UHGV virus genome: UHGV-0149611
Direction: 5' to 3' (one strand)
Length of the DNA stretch: 14,327 nt
Source: a virus
Made by a program: the position numbers and the translations under genes. Shown piece by piece: positions 8,581-14,070 of this stretch; within the stretch, counting starts at the first letter, position 1, and every line of letters begins with the position of its first letter. Below the pieces are notes generated by a model, which was not told the DNA's origin, searched no databases, and saw only the letters and a list, made by a program, of their open reading frames with translations.

Positions 8581-9467
8581 TATGCCTCCCCTGCTGGATT
8601 AACTGTAACTGTTGCTGCATCTGAGGTAACACTTGTTCCACCCTCTCCAGATACAACACAAGTGTATGAACCAGCATCAGAAGGTGCTACTGACTGTTTT
8701 GTGTAAGTTGCAGAATTGGCACTAGGGATGTCCTCACCATCCTTCTTCCACTGATATCCAGTGGCGTTAGTTGCTAGAATGCTTAGAGTAAGTGTGCCAC
8801 CCTCATTGACTGTTTGACCTGTCGGTTGCTGAGTGATGACAGGAAGTGCATTCACAGTCACTGTTGCTGCATCTGAGGTAACACTTGTTCCACCCTCTCC
8901 AGATACAACACAAGTGTATGAACCAGCATCAGAAGGTGCTACTGACTGTTTTGTGTAAGTTGCAGAATTGGCACTAGGGATGTCCTCACCATCCTTCTTC
9001 CACTGATAACCTGTCGCACCTGTTGCCACAACATTCAGTGTTAAGGTCTCACCTTCAGTGATTTCTTGATTGGTTGGTTGCTGAGTAATTGCTGGTGACT
9101 TAATAGCATCCTTCAACTTAGCATTCAACATTGAGAACGGCTTAACTCTTGCCAACCATTCACAGTAAATTGTGTCAACATCTTTACCATTGATGATTGC
9201 ATACTGCAAATCCATGAAGAAATCAGCAGTTCTCATCTGTGCACCAACACTGTAAAGCAATTCATCACTAAATGGAACTTTGTAGTCTGGTTTGTAGTCA
9301 AACTTCTCAACTTCTGCAATATCAGCTTCAGGCCAATATGAACTATAGGTAAGTGGTAAAATAGCCTCTTGATATGTTCTAAAATCATACCTCTTACCAG
9401 CCTTTACATTTGCAATGAAACCCTTCACAAACTCTTTGAAGTCTGGGTAAGTCTTTGCTTTAATCAT
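8580..9467 (-). CDS. protein with ~120-aa N-terminal domain of unknown function plus two tandem Ig-like (I-set type) domains (295 aa)
   Basis: Two ~84-aa repeats of ITQQPT..EG.TLTL..ATGATGYQWKKDGEDIPSANSATYTKQSVAPSDAGSYTCVVSGEGGTSVTSDAATVTV, an Ig-fold pattern (W, Y.C, alternating beta residues); N-terminal domain paralogous to 9464-9835. Confidence 0.75.
   Translation of the reverse strand: MIKAKTYPDFKEFVKGFIANVKAGKRYDFRTYQEAILPLTYSSYWPEADIAEVEKFDYKPDYKVPFSDELLYSVGAQMRTADFFMDLQYAIINGKDVDTIYCEWLARVKPFSMLNAKLKDAIKSPAITQQPTNQEITEGETLTLNVVATGATGYQWKKDGEDIPSANSATYTKQSVAPSDAGSYTCVVSGEGGTSVTSDAATVTVNALPVITQQPTGQTVNEGGTLTLSILATNATGYQWKKDGEDIPSANSATYTKQSVAPSDAGSYTCVVSGEGGTSVTSDAATVTVNPAGEA
8608..9008. 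repeat. Tandem direct repeat, 252-bp period; 8608-8756 is 100% identical to 8860-9008, the rest of each unit diverged
   Basis: Direct comparison of the two segments; they encode the two Ig-like domains. Confidence 0.9.
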
Positions 9468-9835
9468 TTCTTTTTAGCCTCTAAATGTGCGTTTAGTCTA
9501 AAATAACCTTTGTGATGCGGAGATACATCACCAACAACAATACCTTTAACCTTATAACCTTTACCAATTACATACTGGATATCCATAAGGAATCTTCCAA
9601 GTCCAACAATATGGAACATTGGATATAATAGGTTCTCAGAATCTGGAATATTGATTTCAGGTTTGTAGGTACGCTGTTCGATTGTTGGTGTAATATCTTC
9701 TTCAGGCCATTTGCTGAGTCTCCATGTCAAAGGTGTTGGGATAACATCATTAAGGTTGTACCTTTCACCATTTTGCACGGAATTGATATAGGATTGTAGG
9801 AAGCAATAAAAGTCTTTTGCACTCTTAGCTTTCAT
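9464..9835 (-). CDS. hypothetical protein (123 aa), standalone paralogue of the N-terminal domain of the Ig-like protein
   Basis: Shared motifs with the 8580-9467 N-terminus (K.F..F...YI..V..G.RY, W.EED/W.EAD, YKP, L.Y, FLMD.QY.I); AAGGA SD 6 nt upstream. Confidence 0.65.
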   Translation of the reverse strand: MKAKSAKDFYCFLQSYINSVQNGERYNLNDVIPTPLTWRLSKWPEEDITPTIEQRTYKPEINIPDSENLLYPMFHIVGLGRFLMDIQYVIGKGYKVKGIVVGDVSPHHKGYFRLNAHLEAKKK

Positions 9836-9844
9836 TAAATATCC

Positions 9845-9873
9845 TTATAAATAGTTAAAGGGGCATCAGCCCC
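9845..9873 (-). terminator. Possible terminator or attenuator between leftward genes
   Basis: On the minus strand: GGGGC-TGAT-GCCCC hairpin followed by TTTAACTATTTATA. Confidence 0.35.
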
Positions 9874-9882
9874 TATTCACAC

Positions 9883-10473
9883 TTAAGCTTTGGTCTTAAG
9901 TAGGTTCTTAAGTTTTTTAAGATTCATACTCTCATCAAACTTAAAACCAAATTCATTGACATAATCAATGAACTCGGATTTCTTACTGAGTGACAATGCG
10001 TAACTCATATCAAAGTTCTTACTTGTTTCTGCGTCTGGACTAGAGTTCACATCAAATGAAATTTCTGTAGGCTCTTGCTTACTTTTTCTCATATTATCAA
10101 CCAACAAACATGTATAGTTTGCTGGATAGAAATTTACACTACCATCAACGTAGCTGCACTTATTATTATGGATAAGGTTGGAAAATACCTTAAGGAATGT
10201 TTCTGAGTCGTGGCAAACAAGTTTGAATTGGCTGCTCTCTCCAAGCGCAACTAATGAGTACGGACTTTCACTATCAAAGTCATAATTTTGATTCGATGCC
10301 GTTACTGTTACACGCATCAAGTTATTAGCAATAGTCTTCTGTTTAAAAGAATTTTGAACATAGTGAAGACCTCTATCACACTGATTGACTAGCTCTTTAA
10401 GCAGGTCATTTGCATATGGTGAATTAATTGATACAGAGCCATCACTATTGTAATTAAAACTTACTGTTAACAT
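9883..10473 (-). CDS. hypothetical protein (196 aa)
   Basis: ORF with GGAG 9 nt upstream of ATG. Confidence 0.65.
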   Translation of the reverse strand: MLTVSFNYNSDGSVSINSPYANDLLKELVNQCDRGLHYVQNSFKQKTIANNLMRVTVTASNQNYDFDSESPYSLVALGESSQFKLVCHDSETFLKVFSNLIHNNKCSYVDGSVNFYPANYTCLLVDNMRKSKQEPTEISFDVNSSPDAETSKNFDMSYALSLSKKSEFIDYVNEFGFKFDESMNLKKLKNLLKTKA

Positions 10474-10700
10474 TTTTCAGTTCTCCTGCGGTTTATAATT
10501 TTGCTGCAATAGAGAAACGAAGTAAACTCACTGGAAGAAACCATTAAGTGTTGTTCACTAGATTGAGCCATTGCCCTGAAATACATTCCAGTCAAAGCAT
10601 CATAGTGACTATTCTTTCCAATTGAGGTTATATAGCCATGACTCTTTGCAGTTTGATATAAATCTATAATATCTGCGATTTCTAATTGGGAACTACACAT
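10467..10700 (-). CDS. hypothetical protein (77 aa)
   Basis: ORF with GAGGA 6 nt upstream of ATG. Confidence 0.55.
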   Translation of the reverse strand: MCSSQLEIADIIDLYQTAKSHGYITSIGKNSHYDALTGMYFRAMAQSSEQHLMVSSSEFTSFLYCSKIINRRRTEKC

Positions 10701-10843
10701 AGATAATCCTCTTGTCTTCTGTAATTTTGAAAGAACAGGTACAGACCAATTTCAGAGGATGAATAGTAGATTAACTCTACCCTTTTTGATTCCTTACAGT
10801 GATTGGTATTCTTACCTTTCTTCGGTTTATTTGATTTTCTCAT
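10682..10843 (-). CDS. hypothetical small basic protein (53 aa from ATG at 10843; the ORF track begins at a TTG at 10864)
   Basis: GGAGA 5 nt upstream of the ATG at 10843-10841; lysine-rich N-terminus; overlaps the next gene by 19 nt in another frame. Confidence 0.4.
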   Translation of the reverse strand: MRKSNKPKKGKNTNHCKESKRVELIYYSSSEIGLYLFFQNYRRQEDYLCVVPN

Positions 10844-10888
10844 TAAGTCTCCTTTGTAGAACAAGGCAGACCTACAGCTTTAAGTAAG

Positions 10889-10917
10889 ATGGTACAGTAA
10901 TCCATACAACAAGTCAA
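10889..10917 (-). promoter_or_regulatory. Candidate leftward promoter: TTGACT, 17-bp spacer, TACCAT (minus strand)
   Basis: Hexamers read on the reverse complement; weak -10. Confidence 0.3.
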
Positions 10918-10930
10918 GAACTATTGCAAG

Positions 10931-10979
10931 TTAAAAAAGTTGTTGACAAAGTACTTGACAAGGTGTAGGCTTATAAATA
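10931..10979 (+). promoter_or_regulatory. Rightward control region: A-rich upstream, tandem TTGACA boxes (10943-10948, 10955-10960), TATAAATA (10972-10979)
   Basis: Same AAAAAGTTGTTGACA context as other promoter candidates; spacing to TATAAAT is not canonical for sigma70 (11 or 23 bp). Confidence 0.3.
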
Positions 10980-11092
10980 CTTAGAAGATAACTTAAAAGG
11001 TTCCTCTAAAAAGGCTATTTAAACAGATATCTTTCTGGATATCTATCTTTTATCTTAAAAGCCTTTTAAGAGGTCTTATAAGAGGCATACCA

Positions 11093-11464
11093 ATGAAAAA
11101 CAGAACAAACAAAGGCCAGTTTAAAAAAGGCCAGTCTGGAAACCCATCTGGAAGACCAAAAGGCTCTCGTAACAAAAGCTCACTTGTAAAAGCTCAACTG
11201 ACCATTGATAATTCTGCTGAGTTTGCTGCAAAGTTGTTTGAGGCGGTTGTTACAAGGGATGCTGCTAAGCTTGCAGAGTTCGGTTTGACGACTGACGATG
11301 TAAACCTGAAGTCGATGATGGAGGCTGGTAAAACCATCATGACTCACTCAGCAGGTGAGATGAAAGCGATTGCAGCAGACACTAAGAAGACCCCTGATAA
11401 TGGTGGTCAGTCTCAGACAGATAACAAACCAACGTTCTCTGCTGTAGCGACTCTCAAAAAATAA
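11093..11464 (+). CDS. hypothetical small basic protein (123 aa) with N-terminal GNPSGRPKGS (AT-hook-like) motif
   Basis: AAGAGG 7 nt upstream of ATG; GRP core flanked by basic residues; Ala-rich probably helical C-terminal part. Confidence 0.65.
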   Translation: MKNRTNKGQFKKGQSGNPSGRPKGSRNKSSLVKAQLTIDNSAEFAAKLFEAVVTRDAAKLAEFGLTTDDVNLKSMMEAGKTIMTHSAGEMKAIAADTKKTPDNGGQSQTDNKPTFSAVATLKK

Positions 11465-11476
11465 TTTTAAAAGGTG

Positions 11477-11506
11477 TTGACAGACTCTACAAAGTTGCTC
11501 TAAAGT
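11477..11506 (+). promoter_or_regulatory. sigma70-like promoter candidate: TTGACA (11477-11482), 18-bp spacer, TAAAGT; overlaps inverted repeat GACAGACT/AGTCTGTC
   Basis: Exact -35 with TTTTAAAAGGTG upstream; 8-bp inverted repeat spans the spacer and -10. Confidence 0.4.
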
Positions 11507-11545
11507 CTGTCACATCAACAAACAAATGAGAGAAGAGAGTAAAAT

Positions 11546-12961
11546 ATGAGCGAATTATTTAAACATGCGCACCTTCATGCAGGTCGAACTGAAAATGGTG
11601 CTGTAAACCATACTTCATCAATGTCTGCTCTTGTAGACTTTTACAAAGCTGCTGGTTCAAGCCGTAGCAACGTAGAAATCTTACCAGACCTGTTCTACAA
11701 AGCTTTGCGTGAGGATGTTGATGTTGCAGTTCGTATTTTGCTTCATATGCGAGATGTACGAGAAGGTATGGGTGAGCGTAAAGCCTTCAGAACTGTTTTA
11801 CTTCAAGCGATTGAAGACAAAGTTTTAGAGCCTACGCAGGTTCTTCGCATTATGGATAAGATTGCAGAACTTGGTCGTTTTGATGACTTCAAAATCTTCG
11901 TAGGTACTCGTTTCGAGACAGATGCCTTCAAACATCTAGAAGCAGCATTACTAGACCCTGCAACAGCAGGTTTGGCGGCTAAGTGGTTACCACGAGTCAA
12001 ACCACGTCATAAGCAGTTTGTAAAACGTTTCTGCAAGTTTGCCAACTTGAGTGAGAAAGAGTACCGCACACTGTTGTCTGCACTATCTGATACAGTTGAG
12101 CAAAAAATCTCTGCTAATGAGTTTGGTAAGATTGACTACAGTAAGATTCCTTCACTTGCTGCTGCACGTTACCAAAAACTGTTTAACCGCAAAGATGGAG
12201 AACGCTACAAAGCTTACATCGAGTCCTTATCAAAGGGTGAGACTAAGATTAATGCTGGTGCTGTTTACCCATACGATGTAATTAAATCTGTTAAGCATGG
12301 TAATGCAGATGTTGCTAATGAGCAGTGGAAAGCACTACCAAACTGGATGGCAGAGGGTGAAAACATCTTGTGTATGTCTGATGTTTCAAGCTCAATGTCT
12401 TGGGTGAATTTTGGTTCAATTACTGCTCTTGATATTGGTGTTTCACTTGCATTGTATGTAGCAGAACGTAATACAGGTTGCTTTAAGAATGAGTTGATGG
12501 TTTATTCAACAAACCCTCACTTCATCGAACTGAGTGGTGATTTACGAAACCGTCATCGTCAGGTGATGCGACACGTTGAATATGGCTCAACTAACTTACA
12601 AGCAGCTTTTGACCGTATTCTTGAAACAGGTAAAAGAAACAACTTGACTCAGAAAGATATGCCAAGTAAGCTTATCATCTTCTCCGATATGGAGTTCAAT
12701 CAGGTTGATGGAGCTAACGGTCGTACAAACTTTGAAGCAATTCGTAGTAAGTACAAAAAAGCTGGATACGAAATGCCTCAACTGGTATTCTGGTACTTAG
12801 CAAACCGTAATGGTACTTGCGAAGTGTCTGTTAAGGATAACGGTGTAGCAATGGTATCTGGTTTTTCTCCAGCTACTTTAAAAGCTCTGCTTGGTGGTGA
12901 GAAGTTTGACCCAATCAGCGTAATGCTCAAAGCAGTAATGATTGACCGTTATATCTGGTAA
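11546..12961 (+). CDS. von Willebrand factor A (vWA) domain protein with complete MIDAS motif (471 aa); possibly Ro60/TROVE-like
   Basis: C-terminal ~190 aa: ILCMSDVSSSM (DxSxS), GSTNL (Thr), LIIFSDME (Asp) in the expected order of a vWA fold; N-terminal ~270 aa appears helical; Ro60-like architecture is inferred only. Confidence 0.8.
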   Translation: MSELFKHAHLHAGRTENGAVNHTSSMSALVDFYKAAGSSRSNVEILPDLFYKALREDVDVAVRILLHMRDVREGMGERKAFRTVLLQAIEDKVLEPTQVLRIMDKIAELGRFDDFKIFVGTRFETDAFKHLEAALLDPATAGLAAKWLPRVKPRHKQFVKRFCKFANLSEKEYRTLLSALSDTVEQKISANEFGKIDYSKIPSLAAARYQKLFNRKDGERYKAYIESLSKGETKINAGAVYPYDVIKSVKHGNADVANEQWKALPNWMAEGENILCMSDVSSSMSWVNFGSITALDIGVSLALYVAERNTGCFKNELMVYSTNPHFIELSGDLRNRHRQVMRHVEYGSTNLQAAFDRILETGKRNNLTQKDMPSKLIIFSDMEFNQVDGANGRTNFEAIRSKYKKAGYEMPQLVFWYLANRNGTCEVSVKDNGVAMVSGFSPATLKALLGGEKFDPISVMLKAVMIDRYIW

Positions 12962-12979
12962 AAAGTTTTAAAAAGGGTA

Positions 12980-13008
12980 TTGACAATGTGTTTGATGCCC
13001 TTTAATAT
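12980..13008 (+). promoter_or_regulatory. sigma70 promoter: TTGACA (12980-12985), 17-bp spacer, TAATAT (13003-13008)
   Basis: Near-consensus hexamers with canonical spacing and TTTTAAAAAGGGTA upstream; about 120 nt upstream of the first tRNA. Confidence 0.55.
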
Positions 13009-13070
13009 GTTCTACATAGAAACGAAACGAGAGCTTTTCTAAGATACTGAAAAATATTTTAAAAAAGTTC

Positions 13071-13100
13071 TTGACAACCACTAAAAAATAATGTTAAAGT
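13071..13100 (+). promoter_or_regulatory. sigma70-like promoter candidate: TTGACA (13071-13076), 18-bp spacer, TAAAGT (13095-13100)
   Basis: Same architecture as 11477-11506; 27 nt upstream of tRNA-Pro. Confidence 0.45.
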
Positions 13101-13126
13101 GGTTACATAGAGTTTGAAAAGTTTAT

Positions 13127-13203
13127 CTCTGTTTAGCTCAGCTTGGTAGAGCGTTCCGTTTGGGGCGGTAAGGCCGGAGGTTCAAGTCCTCCAACAGAGA
13201 CCA
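13127..13203 (+). tRNA. tRNA-Pro (anticodon UGG), CCA encoded
   Basis: Acceptor CTCTGTT/AACAGAG, D-loop AGCTTGGTA, anticodon loop TTTGGGG, T-arm GGAGG-TTCAAGT-CCTCC, discriminator A, CCA; C1:G72 as is typical for tRNA-Pro. Confidence 0.85.
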
Positions 13204-13210
13204 AATTAAT

Positions 13211-13288
13211 GTTCCAGTAGACAAAATGGTAAAGTCACCACTCTTTCAAAGTGGATATCTGAGGGTTCAAATCCCTTCTGGAACGCCA
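13211..13288 (+). tRNA. tRNA-Glu (anticodon UUC), CCA encoded
   Basis: Acceptor GTTCCAG/CTGGAAC, anticodon arm CCACT-CTTTCAA-AGTGG, T-arm GAGGG-TTCAAAT-CCCTT, discriminator G, CCA. Confidence 0.75.
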
Positions 13289-13295
13289 GTTTTGA

Positions 13296-13367
13296 CAGAA
13301 GACCAATTACAGCAAACTTAATCTACTCATCTGACACGAAATCGGACAAAGAAGATATTTGGTCTGG
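13296..13367 (+). ncRNA. Stem-bounded element a: CAGAAGACCAA ... TTGGTCTGG
   Basis: 7-bp arms AGACCAA/TTGGTCT enclosing 52 nt; conserved flanks CAGAAGACC and GGTCTGG shared with elements b-d. Confidence 0.4.
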
Positions 13368-13378
13368 TCATTGAGAAT

Positions 13379-13455
13379 TGCGGGTATAGAGAAAGGGCGT
13401 CTCACATGTCTCATTAGCATGGTATCGGCAGGTTCGACTCCTGCACCCGCCTCCA
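13379..13455 (+). tRNA. tRNA with anticodon CAU (Met or Ile2); atypical features
   Basis: T-arm GCAGG-TTCGACT-CCTGC, acceptor 3' ACCCGCC plus U plus CCA, D-arm GAGA/TCTC, anticodon arm CATGT-CTCATTA-GCATG; register of the 5' acceptor strand ambiguous by 1 nt; position 37 is U. Confidence 0.55.
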
Positions 13456-13461
13456 ATTTTG

Positions 13462-13521
13462 CAGAAGACCGTATTCAGCAACAAAATACTTTTTGCGGAT
13501 AAAAGAAAAAACACGGTCTGG
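13462..13521 (+). ncRNA. Stem-bounded element b: CAGAAGACCGT ... ACGGTCTGG
   Basis: 7-bp arms AGACCGT/ACGGTCT enclosing 40 nt; arm sequence co-varies relative to elements a and c. Confidence 0.4.
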
Positions 13522-13532
13522 CAATGTATTAA

Positions 13533-13609
13533 GGTTAGGAAGCACATAAGGTATGTGCGGTCGCCTGTTAAGCGAATGGCACAGGGTTCGAATCCCTGAC
13601 TAACCGCCA
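13533..13609 (+). tRNA. tRNA-Asn (anticodon GUU), CCA encoded
   Basis: D-arm GCAC/GTGC, anticodon loop CTGTTAA, T-arm CAGGG-TTCGAAT-CCCTG, acceptor 3' ACTAACC, discriminator G, CCA. Confidence 0.8.
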
Positions 13610-13618
13610 AATTTAAAT

Positions 13619-13706
13619 GTGTCGTTATCCCGTAGATGGTAGCGGTGGGGACTGTAAATCCCTTGTCATTGAGACTCGGTAGGTTCGACTCCTACACGAC
13701 ACACCA
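13619..13706 (+). tRNA. tRNA-Tyr (anticodon GUA), long variable arm, CCA encoded
   Basis: Acceptor GTGTCGT/ACGACAC, anticodon arm GGGGA-CTGTAAA-TCCCT, ~15-nt variable arm, T-arm GTAGG-TTCGACT-CCTAC, discriminator A, CCA; 88 nt. Confidence 0.85.
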
Positions 13707-13711
13707 ATAAA

Positions 13712-13789
13712 GGTTATGTAGTTTAATTTGGTTAAAATACTACCCTGTCACGGGAGATGATGAGGGTTCAAATCCCTTCGTAACCGCCA
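13712..13789 (+). tRNA. tRNA-Asp (anticodon GUC), CCA encoded
   Basis: Acceptor GGTTATG/CGTAACC (one G-U), anticodon loop CTGTCAC, T-arm GAGGG-TTCAAAT-CCCTT, discriminator G, CCA. Confidence 0.8.
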
Positions 13790-13814
13790 ATTTTGAGAGG
13801 GCTATTTAGCCCCT

Positions 13815-13848
13815 CCCTTAAAGAGTTCTTACGAGTATTCTTTAAGGG
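13815..13848 (+). other. Perfect 10-bp hairpin CCCTTAAAGA / TCTTTAAGGG with 14-nt loop; a smaller GGGCT/AGCCC hairpin sits at 13799-13812
   Basis: Exact reverse-complementary arms; no U-tract follows, so not a classic intrinsic terminator. Confidence 0.5.
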
Positions 13849-13850
13849 AG

Positions 13851-13924
13851 CAGAAGACCAAATACAGCAAGAATGTATGAAATTTCAAGCCAATTTAATT
13901 TTGAAAATTTAAAACTTGGTCTGG
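13851..13924 (+). ncRNA. Stem-bounded element c: CAGAAGACCAA ... TTGGTCTGG
   Basis: 7-bp arms AGACCAA/TTGGTCT enclosing 54 nt of AT-rich sequence. Confidence 0.4.
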
Positions 13925-13937
13925 CTCAACAAATTTA

Positions 13938-14070
13938 CAGAAGACCGTTTACAGCAAAACTTAAACAATCTATTTCTCCGGTAAAGAAAAGGCGAAGGTT
14001 CGATTCCTTCACTCGGCAGATGTCGAGTTGGTGTAATGGTAGCACTTAAGATGATAAACAACGGTCTGGT
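13938..14070 (+). ncRNA. Stem-bounded element d enclosing a circularly permuted tRNA-like domain; candidate Y-RNA-like tRNA mimic
   Basis: 8-bp arms AGACCGTT (13942-13949) / AACGGTCT (14060-14067); inside, in order: hairpin TTTCT-CCGGTAA-AGAAA (13973-13989), T-arm GAAGG-TTCGATT-CCTTC (13994-14010), acceptor 3' ACTCGGC (14011-14017), 4-nt link AGAT (14018-14021), acceptor 5' GTCGAGT (14022-14028, pairs 7/7 with one G-U), then U8 and D-arm GTGT-AATGGTA-GCAC (14031-14045). Confidence 0.45.

Noticed and set aside
9846-9853. TATAAATA (T4 late-promoter-like box) on the + strand
   Set aside because: All nearby genes are on the minus strand, so it cannot drive them; expected by chance in AT-rich sequence.
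11803-12781. ORFs 11803-12000 (-), 12051-12281 (+), 12596-12781 (-) inside the vWA gene
   Set aside because: Nested or antisense to a long ORF with a clear domain signature.
13368-13610. 80-aa ORF on the minus strand
   Set aside because: It lies entirely across the CAU tRNA, element b and tRNA-Asn; the tRNA structures account for the sequence, so the ORF is an artefact.
13296-13946. GAAGAC (BbsI-type site) in the 5' arm of every stem-bounded element, as a sign of an engineered construct
   Set aside because: The 3' arms lack the matching site, and the hexamer is simply part of the conserved natural motif CAGAAGACC.
13972-14046. Reading 13972-14046 as two ordinary adjacent tRNA genes
   Set aside because: Neither half has its missing partner strands nearby: no acceptor 5' strand or D-arm upstream of 13973, and no anticodon or T-arm downstream of 14046. 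Only the permuted arrangement gives a complete set of stems, though decayed tandem copies remain a possible origin.
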